Notes under the pieces: model-generated | The model's database searches: none | Told to the model about the DNA's origin: nothing | Seen by the model: the letters and a program-made list of their open reading frames with translations, nothing else | Translations under genes and position numbers: made by a program | Assembly (NCBI GenBank): GCA_016840165.1 | Contig: JAEOSU010000031.1 | Span: 1-63,998 of the forward strand | Reading direction: 5' to 3' | DNA length: 63,998 bases | Source of the DNA: Promethearchaeota archaeon | GTDB lineage: Archaea > Asgardarchaeota > Lokiarchaeia > Sigyniarchaeales > SOKP01 | Shown here: positions 40,517 through 50,890 of the stretch, piece by piece | How the letters are laid out: every line of letters begins with the position of its first letter | Position numbering within the stretch: the stretch's first letter is position 1

Positions 40517-41893
40517 TTATAATTCTGCGATTTTCATTTGCCGAGCTAACTTCTCCTCATCAGTAAGTTCGACTTCTCCGCGCTTTACAAAGAACATTAG
40601 AATAAACGCTATGAGAAGGAAGATAACTCCATTTAGAAACAGAGTTTCTTTTCCGAAAACGTCTCTTAATAAACCTATTAATGCAGGTCCAAAGATAGCC
40701 GCTAAAACGCTGAAAAAGTAGTATAATCCTGTATACGTGCCAATCTTCCTTATACTCGGCGCCAGTTCCCATACAATAACTATCGAATTAACATTGACAA
40801 ATGCCCAGCCAATACCAAAAAAGATCAATATTATTATCGTAACTAACTGCGTTCGCACTAAAAATCCAATTAGTAAAGCAACAATCATAATGACTAATCC
40901 TATTTTAATGCATGTTCGTCTGCCAATCTTGTTAGCAAATAATGATAAAGGAAAAGCAGCGATAATAAATGGAATTGCTACAGCGTTAAATATGAAACCC
41001 GCTAAGGTTCCAGGAAAGTTTAAGACTCCGTTTGGCTCACTCACTGGTCCGGCATATATAGAAAATAAAGCTTCCATCCCTTGATAAGCTATAAACCAAA
41101 AAAATATCGCAAGTAAGATAAAAAGCGTGCTTTTATCCTTCTCTTTAAAAAGATCTCGAAAACTCTCAATAAGCGTCATCTTTTCCTTGGTTTCATGGAC
41201 TTTTTTCCCTTCTTTCGCTTCAGTTTCAATTAACAGTTGATAACTATATGATTCTTTTTCGTGAATAGTAAAGAATAGAATAACCACGGCTACTAGCATT
41301 ATTACGGCGGCAATAATAAAAGGTAGAAACACATTAATACCGATAAATAAACTGAGCGAGAAGGCAAAAACGGCACCAATACCTCCCATAATATTGATAA
41401 TTGCATTTCCCTTACTTCTATTGATCGGTTTTACAAAATCGGGCATTAATGCTACGGCTTGAGATCGATAAAATCCCATACTTATGCCAAAGCAGAAAAT
41501 CCAGAGAAGGAGTAGCCATAATTGACCAGTACCACCACTTCCTTCAAATCCTATGGGAAAACCAGTAGGAATCAGCATGAAAAAAATAGCTGAAAGAACT
41601 ACACCAATGACTATATATGGCATTCGGCGTCCGTATTTTGATCGAGTATTGTCAGATATGTTCCCCATAATTGGTTGAATTATTACCCCAATGATATTAT
41701 CGATTGCCATGATAACACCAACAACGAAACCAGATAGTAGTAAAGTTCCAAAATAATCAGCGCTATTTAATGCTCTATTTACTTGAGTATTGTATAAACT
41801 CCATGAAAATGTAGTAAAAAAAGCCAAACCAATTAGAAAGGTTTGTCCAGGTCTAAATTTGTCTTTAGATTTTTCTTCTGTCATCATTCTCAC
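40517..41893 (-). CDS. MFS sugar transporter (SLC45/MalT-like)
   Basis: 12 TM helices; SDNTRSKYGRRMPYI; ALMPD. Confidence 0.9.
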   Translation of the reverse strand: MRMMTEEKSKDKFRPGQTFLIGLAFFTTFSWSLYNTQVNRALNSADYFGTLLLSGFVVGVIMAIDNIIGVIIQPIMGNISDNTRSKYGRRMPYIVIGVVLSAIFFMLIPTGFPIGFEGSGGTGQLWLLLLWIFCFGISMGFYRSQAVALMPDFVKPINRSKGNAIINIMGGIGAVFAFSLSLFIGINVFLPFIIAAVIMLVAVVILFFTIHEKESYSYQLLIETEAKEGKKVHETKEKMTLIESFRDLFKEKDKSTLFILLAIFFWFIAYQGMEALFSIYAGPVSEPNGVLNFPGTLAGFIFNAVAIPFIIAAFPLSLFANKIGRRTCIKIGLVIMIVALLIGFLVRTQLVTIIILIFFGIGWAFVNVNSIVIVWELAPSIRKIGTYTGLYYFFSVLAAIFGPALIGLLRDVFGKETLFLNGVIFLLIAFILMFFVKRGEVELTDEEKLARQMKIAEL

Positions 41894-42052
41894 ATTTCTT
41901 TAATTTTTTTTGTATGTTTTTTTGTATATATTAAATTGATTAAACTTGTTTTTGTTGTTAAAGTATAAAAAAATATATGTGATAATAATTCGCTGATCTA
42001 ATTTAAATATACGATATTGTTTAAATAATGAAAAAGTAAAAAAAAATGATAC

Positions 42053-42205
42053 TTAAAATTCAATACGCACTTGAAGATCATTCATATCTTCAGGGATTTT
42101 TTTGAGAGTGTTCACAAAAGCCGTGAGGATATTTGTGAGCATTTTTGACATAATCGGATTGAGAGGTATTTCTTTTTCATTGACTTTAAGAGAAATATTT
42201 TTCAT
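42053..42205 (-). CDS. Unannotated 50-aa protein resembling the C-terminal module of archaeal MobB-type proteins
   Basis: Translated by hand: MKNISLKVNEKEIPLNPIMSKMLTNILTAFVNTLKKIPEDMNDLQVRIEF*. Confidence 0.6.
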   Translation of the reverse strand: MKNISLKVNEKEIPLNPIMSKMLTNILTAFVNTLKKIPEDMNDLQVRIEF

Positions 42206-42285
42206 ATTTGTAATATCAACAAGATGTATTTTAAAGTTTAATATTATGGTTTAAAAAAAGGAGAACTAGAAAAAAAGATTGAACT

Positions 42286-42639
42286 TTATTCTTTTGATTC
42301 TAGTTCGGTAATTCGGCGAGAGATATCTTCTATTGCGCTTTGCATTCCTTTCATTTCAGATTCTAAATATTCTTTTTCTTGTTTAAGCATACCTAGCTGA
42401 TCTGTAGAGGTGATTGGTTGTACTGGTGTATAAACTGGAGCAGGTACGTAATACGGGTCTCTATATCCCCATCCCCCACCTCGACCATACCCTCTACCAA
42501 AACCACGTCCAAAACCTCTACCGCGACCCCAGCCACCACCTCGAGTGTATCCTGGAGTACTGTATCCTGCACAATAGCCTAGAGCTCTCCCTGTTCGTGG
42601 ACCTAATCCAGAAGGTCCAGTTCTATCTCCACCGGGCAT
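42286..42639 (-). CDS. DUF5320-family Gly/Arg-rich protein with C-terminal coiled coil
   Basis: MPGGDRTGP.G.GPRTGR.LGYC; GRG repeats; coiled coil. Confidence 0.85.
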   Translation of the reverse strand: MPGGDRTGPSGLGPRTGRALGYCAGYSTPGYTRGGGWGRGRGFGRGFGRGYGRGGGWGYRDPYYVPAPVYTPVQPITSTDQLGMLKQEKEYLESEMKGMQSAIEDISRRITELESKE

Positions 42640-42668
42640 TTATAAAATCATCTCCATTTGAATTATTT

Positions 42669-42740
42669 TGAATTATTATTCATAATTCTACATATAATAA
42701 TTAGTTATTACCATATATAAATATTTTGAATAATTATTCT
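42669..42740. promoter_or_regulatory. TGAAT-N4-ATTCA palindrome(s) flanking a minus-strand TATA-like box
   Basis: Perfect site at 42669..42682, one-mismatch site at 42727..42740, TTTATATA on the minus strand near 42714..42721. Confidence 0.55.
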
Positions 42741-42830
42741 ATGGCAACGAGATCCCTTCAAACATACAATTATGGAGACTTTTAAAAATAATGGTAAATA
42801 AATTGTTTATTTACGAGTATAGACTTTATA

Positions 42831-45230
42831 TTAAAAATCATATTGATAGCGATCAATAATATCATCTTGTATTGGCTTTCCTAAGTCGATGAATGTTGCA
42901 TTATATCCGCCTACCTTTACGATTAAGTCTTGAAAATTTTCTGGATGTTTCTGAGCCTCCCTTAATGTGTCTGATGAGACAACAGTTGGTTGAATCTGCA
43001 TGCCTCCTGCGTGAAAGAAGGCTTTAAGTAGAAAATATAATTTATCTAAGTTTTCATTAGTATCAATATTTTGAGGATGGAATCGCACGTTTAACGCAAT
43101 ACCGTTGGTTGCAAAATCATAATTCAATTTTGCAGCAGAGTTTAATACGCCCGTAATTCCATTTTTTTCCGAATTATTAACAGGGGAGAGACTATTGGAT
43201 ATTGCTTGCATTGCTTTCCTCCCATCTGCGGAGGGTCTTGTGAAAAATCCTTCCATAACATGGATTCCCATTGAATATGCCCCCGCACTAAATCTTCCTC
43301 CTCTTAAGGGAGTATATTTTGCTACTTCCTGAGAAAATTTGTCCCATAAATCGGTGGCAAGAGTATCTATATCTTCCTTACCATTTCCCCACTTATGATA
43401 TTTGTTTATAAGCCTTTGTCTGAAATCCTCGTGATTATGGAAGTTTGAGTTTAAAATCTCAATGAAATCTGATAGTGTCATCTGTTTCTCTTCATAGACA
43501 ACTTTTTTTATGTTATATAATGAATTGACTAACGTAGCGAAACCATAGGCGGTTATTGAAGAGAAATTATATTTTGCCCCTCCACATACATGATCTTTAC
43601 CAGTCTCCATACATCCATCGAGCATTGCCGAAACAAAAGGGTGTTGAAAATATTTCATAGCTTCAGCATCACCTATATTCGCAATCTCTGCTGATCTTTT
43701 GATGTTGAATTGAAGCTGACGGATAAATGCGTTATAAAAATCTTCATAAGTTGTAAAATGTGAAGGATCTCCTGTTTGGAGTCCATCTATTTTCTTTGTT
43801 AAATTACTATATCCATTGTTTAAAGTAAGTTCTAATACCCCAGGAAGATTCATAAACATTCTCCCAGTTGCTGCAAAGCTATTACCTTGACCCGTAGGCT
43901 CTACGCATCCGATTATAACATAATTTCTGGCATCCTCCAAAGAATATCCTGCTTTCTTAAGCGCGGGAACGAGAACTTCATCATTATAAAAAGCAATACC
44001 AGAAGTAGACTTGTACACTTCTAAAGCATGTTTAAAGAATTGTTCCGGAGTGTGTTCATGGATTCGTATTGATAAATCGGTAGAAAACACCTTAACATTA
44101 TTATAGGCGTCAAGAAAAAGATACGAGAGCTCATTGACTGTATCCTTTCCACTTGAATCCATCCCTCCGATAGTAATTGTTTGAGTATTTTGACCAAGAG
44201 CATTTGCCACCATCGTAAAATCAGTTGGTAATAAAGTCACGTTCCAAGTAAGCTTTAGATTTAGTTCTTCAATTAGTTCTAATGCAAAATCTTGGGTAAG
44301 AGTTCCATTGTGAAGATCTCTTTCGTAATATGGCCATAAAATCTGATCTAACCGTCCTAAAGCTAAGACGCTTCGTTGATAAATAATGTTTGCTATATTT
44401 TGTGAAAACCAGATAAATTGCACTGCTTCAAAAAATGTTTCTGGAGGGTGTTTTGTAAATTTGTGCATCATATCTCCAATTAATTCTAATTCTCTTGCAC
44501 GTTTTCTATTATTATGCTTGCTTACCATACCATAAGCGAGATCTGAATATCTCTGAGCGAAATTTATTGCTGCATGATAATAGATTTTCACGGCTTCATA
44601 AAATTGCTGCTTTTCTTGGAAATCAGGATCTTTTTGGTTTAAATTATTCTGGTACTTATTTGCTTCTTCGATGATACCATTGTATCCTACACTTAGAAGT
44701 TTTTCATAGCCCGCACACAAATGTCCTTCGGTCGTTCCTATATGGATTGCGATATTAGGCGCTAAAGCATCTATTAAACCATCCCCGGAAATATAGCCTT
44801 CTTTTAATAACCGCTTCAAGATTCTGCTGCCAATAAGGGATTTATCTTTCCAATAAGGAAGTAGCTCTAATAACTCTAATATTTCCGTTTCTTCAATGAA
44901 GAACGGTTGCAGAGGCCGTCGTTTTAATTTTTTATAGGTTATTCGTTTTTCTAAGCTATTATCGTATCTTTGGAGATCAAGATTAATTTTCTCACCAAGG
45001 TTTTTACTTGTTTCATTTCCTACCAATAAATCATCTTCTCGGATGAATATAGTCATATTTTTTAACGTGTGAGCTATAGCTTTTGCCCTTTTGGTAATCT
45101 CAGGATCATTAGGATATTCTTTATAAATCTCGGTAAAATATTTCATCCGTTCAATGCATAGTTCATATTTGCTAGATAAAAGATTGTTTTTTAATCTAAT
45201 TATTCGGTCGCAATGACTTTTCATTGTCAA
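42831..45230 (-). CDS. Glycyl radical enzyme (PFL2/dehydratase-like), substrate unknown
   Basis: GRLDQIL, GCVEP Cys loop, LIVKVGGY Gly loop. Confidence 0.9.
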   Translation of the reverse strand: MTMKSHCDRIIRLKNNLLSSKYELCIERMKYFTEIYKEYPNDPEITKRAKAIAHTLKNMTIFIREDDLLVGNETSKNLGEKINLDLQRYDNSLEKRITYKKLKRRPLQPFFIEETEILELLELLPYWKDKSLIGSRILKRLLKEGYISGDGLIDALAPNIAIHIGTTEGHLCAGYEKLLSVGYNGIIEEANKYQNNLNQKDPDFQEKQQFYEAVKIYYHAAINFAQRYSDLAYGMVSKHNNRKRARELELIGDMMHKFTKHPPETFFEAVQFIWFSQNIANIIYQRSVLALGRLDQILWPYYERDLHNGTLTQDFALELIEELNLKLTWNVTLLPTDFTMVANALGQNTQTITIGGMDSSGKDTVNELSYLFLDAYNNVKVFSTDLSIRIHEHTPEQFFKHALEVYKSTSGIAFYNDEVLVPALKKAGYSLEDARNYVIIGCVEPTGQGNSFAATGRMFMNLPGVLELTLNNGYSNLTKKIDGLQTGDPSHFTTYEDFYNAFIRQLQFNIKRSAEIANIGDAEAMKYFQHPFVSAMLDGCMETGKDHVCGGAKYNFSSITAYGFATLVNSLYNIKKVVYEEKQMTLSDFIEILNSNFHNHEDFRQRLINKYHKWGNGKEDIDTLATDLWDKFSQEVAKYTPLRGGRFSAGAYSMGIHVMEGFFTRPSADGRKAMQAISNSLSPVNNSEKNGITGVLNSAAKLNYDFATNGIALNVRFHPQNIDTNENLDKLYFLLKAFFHAGGMQIQPTVVSSDTLREAQKHPENFQDLIVKVGGYNATFIDLGKPIQDDIIDRYQYDF

Positions 45231-45295
45231 AGTATTTACTCTTCACCATATATTAAGATAATTAAAAATTAAATAATTGTAATTAATATTTTCTT

Positions 45296-45823
45296 TTACC
45301 AATTTCGTCTTAATTGGTTTTTCATTATCTTTTGAACAGCTTTAATTGCCCAAATAACATAATTATAACATGTTGTTGACCAACAATTATCCTTTTGATA
45401 TTGCATAAACCCATTAGGTTCGCTGAAATCATATCCACATAATTGAGCACAAATTACTGATCCAAATTCCTTTTCAAATTCAGATGCAAATTTAGCCGCT
45501 TTTAAATATGCAATTGGAATTTTTTTATTACGCATTCGTTTTTTTCCGCCTAAAATTATACCAATTGCCGCACAACCCCCACAAACTGCACCACACGCTC
45601 CTTGCCATCCTTCTTTTGATTTATAACCGCCAAATCCCCCTGCTAAAGGAATAATTGCATTGTTCAATAAACCATTTTTAATTCCCAAGATATCCATAAT
45701 ATTGCTGAGTGTTAATTCCGCACAATTAACTCCCTTTCGTAGTTCCGGTAAGGTTTTTTCTAAGTTTTTAATTTTTTCGGCAAATAAAGTATCAATCTTT
45801 TTCTCTCTCATTTTAAAACCCAT
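45296..45823 (-). CDS. C_GCAxxG_C_C-family putative redox protein
   Basis: NCAE, ACGAVCGG, FGSVIC, TTC. Confidence 0.85.
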   Translation of the reverse strand: MGFKMREKKIDTLFAEKIKNLEKTLPELRKGVNCAELTLSNIMDILGIKNGLLNNAIIPLAGGFGGYKSKEGWQGACGAVCGGCAAIGIILGGKKRMRNKKIPIAYLKAAKFASEFEKEFGSVICAQLCGYDFSEPNGFMQYQKDNCWSTTCYNYVIWAIKAVQKIMKNQLRRNW

Positions 45824-45829
45824 TAGCGA

Positions 45830-46348
45830 TTACTTAGGAATAAATCCATTGTCTAAAATAATCCTTGTAGCCATTTGTGCTACCTTTCCTACAATATCAG
45901 AGCAATAATGCACCATTCTTGAATTAAATGCTTCCTCTTTTTCATCTTCATTCCATAGATTATACGTTCGACCCATGAGAGAGTTTTGGACATCAAAACA
46001 GCGACAAGAGGCATATTTTTCGATATATTCATCATGAAGCTGTTTCACTAAACCATAGGATTTCAATGGTTTGTACATATCTGAAAAGTCTTCTTTTCCT
46101 CGACCAAAAAGATAACTAATTACCATTGATGCTCCAACAAGAGCCCCACAAGAACCATCTCCCGTGAGTCCTAACCCATCTGCTAGTCCACTCGCTGCTT
46201 TGAATACATCCTCATTCCAGATATTTAATGCCTCAAAGATTGCGGCAACTGTAGTTTGAGCACATCCAGTACACGTTTTCTCATATTTATTTCCAAGCTC
46301 ATAAGCTTTGGATAAAATTGTATTCCTATTAATTTCCATAAATCTCAC
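45830..46348 (-). CDS. C_GCAxxG_C_C-family putative redox protein
   Basis: GCAQ, SCGALVGA, SCRC, HYC. Confidence 0.85.
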   Translation of the reverse strand: MRFMEINRNTILSKAYELGNKYEKTCTGCAQTTVAAIFEALNIWNEDVFKAASGLADGLGLTGDGSCGALVGASMVISYLFGRGKEDFSDMYKPLKSYGLVKQLHDEYIEKYASCRCFDVQNSLMGRTYNLWNEDEKEEAFNSRMVHYCSDIVGKVAQMATRIILDNGFIPK

Positions 46349-46481
46349 TTAACTAGTTTATATTCCATTTAACCTTTGATCCTTATATAATTTAAGAGTT
46401 TTATTATAAAAGTTAGTGGTTAAAAAAACAATAAATTTTCTTTAATATTAAATCTAATATAAATCAAAAAAGAGATTTCTT

Positions 46482-47336
46482 ATGAATTTTGAAACAATAA
46501 AATTTGAACTTCGAGAAGATGGCATCGGTATTTTAACCTTGAATCGTCCTGAAAAGTTGAATGCGATGTCTTTTCAAATGATTGAAGACTTACATGCGAT
46601 TTTCGATCATTTAATGGTTAACCTTGACTGTAGAGTTTTAATCCTTAAAGCAGAAGGGAGAGTTTTCTGTGCTGGTTTAGATTTAAAAGAATCGATGGTT
46701 CTTCAATCTAAGAAGAAGCCCCAAGAGTTAAAGGAAAAATTTTTTTACATTAATACACCAGAAAAAGACATTATCAAAGCAAAATTATATGCACAATGGC
46801 GTACCAGTCAACTTATTGTAAAAATGCGAAGAGTAAACCAACCTATTATAGCTCTCGTAAATGGTGCTGCAACAGGCGCGGGATTTACATTTACGCTTGC
46901 TTCAGATATAAGAATCGCATCTGAAAATGCTCGATTTAATAATGCTTTCATTAATATTGGTTTCTCAGGATCAGATTTAGCCTCTAGTTACCATTTACCA
47001 AGGTTAATTGGTATGTCACGAGCGGCAGAGATTTTATACACTGGAAGATTTGTAGATGCCGAAGAGGCAAAAAAGATTGGCTTAGTATTAAAAGTGGTCG
47101 ATGAGAAGAATTTATTGGAAGAGGGAATCCAATTAGCTGAACAATTATTGAAGAAAAGTCCATTAGGACTTCGAATGACTAAACAAGCGGTAAATATCTC
47201 TTTAGATTCTCCAAGTTTAGAGACCATAATGGAATTGGAGAATCGAGCTCAAATGCTATGTTCCACTTCAAATGATTTAACTGAAGGCGCACAAGCATTT
47301 TTTGAAAAACGAGACCCTAAATACCCATTAAAATAA
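46482..47336 (+). CDS. Enoyl-CoA hydratase/isomerase family (copy 1)
   Basis: LNRPEKLNA, FCAGLDL, LASDIRIA, AFFEKRDP. Confidence 0.92.
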   Translation: MNFETIKFELREDGIGILTLNRPEKLNAMSFQMIEDLHAIFDHLMVNLDCRVLILKAEGRVFCAGLDLKESMVLQSKKKPQELKEKFFYINTPEKDIIKAKLYAQWRTSQLIVKMRRVNQPIIALVNGAATGAGFTFTLASDIRIASENARFNNAFINIGFSGSDLASSYHLPRLIGMSRAAEILYTGRFVDAEEAKKIGLVLKVVDEKNLLEEGIQLAEQLLKKSPLGLRMTKQAVNISLDSPSLETIMELENRAQMLCSTSNDLTEGAQAFFEKRDPKYPLK

Positions 47337-47364
47337 GATAAAAAGGTTTAAGGAAGATAAAGTT

Positions 47365-48195
47365 ATGGTTCGCATAGACATTGCGGATATTAAGGATTTA
47401 ATTCAGCAAGATATCAACTCAAAAAAAATAGTTGACCTTATAATAACTATTTTGGAAAAGTCTGAAGATATCGAAACACGATTAGAACTTTTAGAGTTCT
47501 TAGGTGAATATGATTTAAAGCATAGTCCTTATTTTGAATTGGTTGAAAATCATCTAATTTCCGATGGTAAGGAAAAAATAAGAGCGGTTGCTGCTGAAAT
47601 TATCCTCAGAAATTTTATTGACCAAGGATTAGATGCATTAAAATGGACAATCATTAATGAATCGTCTTCTTTAGTCTTGATAACCATCTATAATCTCGTT
47701 AAAGAATCCAGTAATCCGTTTTATGTGATTTTAGAGTCATCTTTATTGGATAAATTTACGACGATTGCTTGTAAATTTAAATTAACCATAGAAGAGATTC
47801 CATTTCTTTTGGATCTGGGAATTAACTTAACGAATCATAATTTTTATATTGGAAATCAAAATTTTCACTTTATTTATGAAAATGATATTCTTTGTATAAT
47901 TAAAGAAGGTCATATTACAGAATTAGGTATATCGTTCATAAACGAAGTTCCAGAAACTATCGGACTTTTAACCCAACTAGAACATTTGGATTTAAGCTAT
48001 GGGTATATCTCAACTCTACCAGATTCAATAAAGCGATTAAAGAATTTGAAATCAATTGATTTAAGCTGGAATGAGTTTGCTGAAGTCCCGAAAGTCTTAA
48101 AAAGCTTAAAAAAGATTAACCAAATTAATATTTCAAATAATCCCATCAAATATATGTCTGATTGGGTTTATAAAATAAATAAATTAACTATTTAA
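47365..48195 (+). CDS. HEAT-like + leucine-rich repeat protein
   Basis: Helical N-terminus; LEHLDLSY, LKSIDLSWN and INISNN repeats. Confidence 0.82.
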   Translation: MVRIDIADIKDLIQQDINSKKIVDLIITILEKSEDIETRLELLEFLGEYDLKHSPYFELVENHLISDGKEKIRAVAAEIILRNFIDQGLDALKWTIINESSSLVLITIYNLVKESSNPFYVILESSLLDKFTTIACKFKLTIEEIPFLLDLGINLTNHNFYIGNQNFHFIYENDILCIIKEGHITELGISFINEVPETIGLLTQLEHLDLSYGYISTLPDSIKRLKNLKSIDLSWNEFAEVPKVLKSLKKINQINISNNPIKYMSDWVYKINKLTI

Positions 48196-48236
48196 ACTAC
48201 ATATAATATAATTTTAAATTAATTAGGAAAAGAAAA

Positions 48237-49082
48237 ATGCAATATAATACTATAAAGTTTGAATTACATGATGATGGTATTGGAATTGTTGCTCTTAATC
48301 GACCTGATAAATTAAATGCGATTTCTTTTGAGATGGAGGAGGAATTACATCAAGTATTAGATCATCTTATGACTAATTTAGATTGTCGAGTTCTTATTCT
48401 CAGAGGTGAGGGTAGAGCATTTTCTGCTGGCACAGATTTACAGGAAGGGTTGATATTAAATTCGAAAAAGAAGCCAGCAGGATATGATAGATTTTATTAT
48501 TTAAACGTTTCAGAACCTTTAAAAAAGAAATTATATCATCAATGGAGAATAAGCCAAATTATAATAAAAATGCGAAAAATATCTCAGCCCATTATTGCAT
48601 TAACTCATGGTGCTGCTGCAGGAGGAGGTTTTGGCTTTGCGATGGCTTCAGATATGAGAATTGGTAGTGATGATGTGAAATTTATAAATGCTTCTATTAA
48701 TATAGGTCTAACTGGTGCAGATGTAGGAGGGTCTTACTTTTTACCCCGATTAATAGGAATGGCTAAAGCATCAGAAATGATGTATTCAGGGAGAGCAATA
48801 GGAGCAAAAGAAGCAGAAGAATGTGGATTCTTAATAAAAGTGGTGAAGAAAGAAGATTTACTTAAAGAAGGTCTTAATTTAGCTCAGGAACTGTTAAAAA
48901 AAAGCCCTCTGGGGTTACGTATGACAAAACAAGCAATTAATCTCTCACTAGATTCCCCCAGTTTAGAGAATATTATACAATATGAAAATAGTTCCATCGT
49001 ACTTTCATTTTCTTCAAAAGATATAAATGAAGCATCGAGTGCATTTTTTGAAAAAAGAGATCCAAAATATTCTTTATCATAA
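48237..49082 (+). CDS. Enoyl-CoA hydratase/isomerase family (copy 2)
   Basis: Close paralog of 46482..47336. Confidence 0.92.
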   Translation: MQYNTIKFELHDDGIGIVALNRPDKLNAISFEMEEELHQVLDHLMTNLDCRVLILRGEGRAFSAGTDLQEGLILNSKKKPAGYDRFYYLNVSEPLKKKLYHQWRISQIIIKMRKISQPIIALTHGAAAGGGFGFAMASDMRIGSDDVKFINASINIGLTGADVGGSYFLPRLIGMAKASEMMYSGRAIGAKEAEECGFLIKVVKKEDLLKEGLNLAQELLKKSPLGLRMTKQAINLSLDSPSLENIIQYENSSIVLSFSSKDINEASSAFFEKRDPKYSLS

Positions 49083-49128
49083 ATAAAAAATACGAAAATA
49101 TCTATTTAGTAATAAGTGGAAATCAGAT

Positions 49129-50295
49129 ATGGAATTTGATAAAGCCAGAAAGCAAATTGAAGAGATAAGCCAAAAAAATATCAATAAGCTACATCAATTA
49201 GCAAAAAGAGTGTGGCAGGTTAAGAATCTTGATCCATTTGAATTGCAAAATAAATGTATGGCAAAGTGGGATGAGTTAAGAGACGAAACTGGAAGTAAAA
49301 TTAATCCTTTAATTCGAGTTGATCAAGATCGACCCGTGACTAATTTGATTTTTGGTTCGGGGAGTTTCTCCACAGGTGAATTTCAAGCGGCTCAATATAA
49401 GAGAGTTAAAGAATATTTAGATAAACCACCTGTCGTTCTTCAAGGGATTGTAACAAATAAATCAGAGAAAAATGGTTGTGATGGGAAAAAAGTAGCATTA
49501 AAGTATGATTTATCATACATATCCTTAGATTTTAGTGATTGGTATCATCAATTCATCGATGATAAGGAATCCAATCCAACCACTGCGACTAGGTATTGGT
49601 TTCAGCCAAATGATCCAAATAAACCCTCCTCGAAAGAAATAGATTATAGATTTAATATTCGGCAAAATCAATTTCATAAAGCATTAGGAAAAGAAATTGA
49701 AAAAAAAGTAACCTATCCTACAGATATCGTGTCTGCTCGAGGGTATAACTTTCAATTTTGCCGAAATATATTTTTACACCAAAAACATACCCTACCAGCT
49801 ATTAATGACACTCATCCAACTGATTTAACTTATATTAATCCTTCAACAAAGGAAAGATTATACCCAGGATGGCAATCAGGAGCGGTTCAGTTAATGTTAA
49901 ATGATAATGTAGAAAAAATTAGAGGGTCACTTATTGGTGTTGATTTTATGGATAAAACTGAACATATATATGAGCTTGATGAAGGCCCAGTTTTAGCAAT
50001 TGGACAAGGAATCAATATGAAATCAAAATCGGATTATGAACCCCGGCAAATTCAAGAAATGATTAAGATTATTGATGATTATTTTTTCTGCACACTTGAA
50101 CCTACGGGACTTATATTAGTATGGGGTATTTCCGAAGAAAAATTGCCAATAACTTACCAGAGTTTATCAGGTGACTTAATAACCGTACAACAGCATGCAA
50201 TTATAGTTGGTGATAAGTTACTTAGCGGGATCGATGCATTTGGCAGTAATTTGGTAAGAAACTTAGTAGATCTTGAGGATTTTATCCTTTCCTAA
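49129..50295 (+). CDS. Divergent formyltransferase-fold (PurN-like) protein
   Basis: FGSGSFST, INDTHPTDL and LDEGP resemble the PurN SGxGS, NxHP and DxGP motifs. Confidence 0.55.
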   Translation: MEFDKARKQIEEISQKNINKLHQLAKRVWQVKNLDPFELQNKCMAKWDELRDETGSKINPLIRVDQDRPVTNLIFGSGSFSTGEFQAAQYKRVKEYLDKPPVVLQGIVTNKSEKNGCDGKKVALKYDLSYISLDFSDWYHQFIDDKESNPTTATRYWFQPNDPNKPSSKEIDYRFNIRQNQFHKALGKEIEKKVTYPTDIVSARGYNFQFCRNIFLHQKHTLPAINDTHPTDLTYINPSTKERLYPGWQSGAVQLMLNDNVEKIRGSLIGVDFMDKTEHIYELDEGPVLAIGQGINMKSKSDYEPRQIQEMIKIIDDYFFCTLEPTGLILVWGISEEKLPITYQSLSGDLITVQQHAIIVGDKLLSGIDAFGSNLVRNLVDLEDFILS

Positions 50296-50356
50296 ACTAT
50301 GGTTTTACATTATTATTAGAAATAATAAAATAAAAAAAAGGAAATTTAGATATATT

Positions 50357-50884
50357 TTATTTTCTAATTTGGACTTTCGGTTGAATTTTTGAAGCTCCAC
50401 CAAAATTGGTGATAACAGGGCAATGGGTGAAAACTTTTTCCATTAGCTCGTTTATTTTTTCTTCTGATGCATTTGCTTTAATTCTTATTACTGGTTCTAA
50501 TTTATCATAGCCCGCGAGTTTACTATCATCAATACCGAAAAGGGCTCCGAGATTAATATGACCACGAGAAAAAACCTTCATTTCCTCAATCTCAATATCC
50601 ATAATTATAGCCCAAAATTTAGTGACAGCGATAATACAAGCACCAACAGAAGCTAGAATTGCTAATAAAGGAGATGGACCTTTGTTAGTTCCACTCAATC
50701 CGCCAGGTGCATCAATAAGTAACTTAAAATCCTCACCTGCTGGATTTCCCATAGTACACATTGTTTGCATTCCTTCAGAAAGCATTTCACATTCAATATT
50801 GAAGTTTTTTTCCCCTGCATTCCAATCTGCCTTAATGGCATCATATGTTTCTTTAAAACTTGGCATTTTTTTCACTATTTCCAT
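50357..50884 (-). CDS. OsmC-family protein
   Basis: IDAP..LSG.NKGPSP, GAC, HCPV. Confidence 0.87.
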   Translation of the reverse strand: MEIVKKMPSFKETYDAIKADWNAGEKNFNIECEMLSEGMQTMCTMGNPAGEDFKLLIDAPGGLSGTNKGPSPLLAILASVGACIIAVTKFWAIIMDIEIEEMKVFSRGHINLGALFGIDDSKLAGYDKLEPVIRIKANASEEKINELMEKVFTHCPVITNFGGASKIQPKVQIRK

Positions 50885-50890
50885 TAATTA

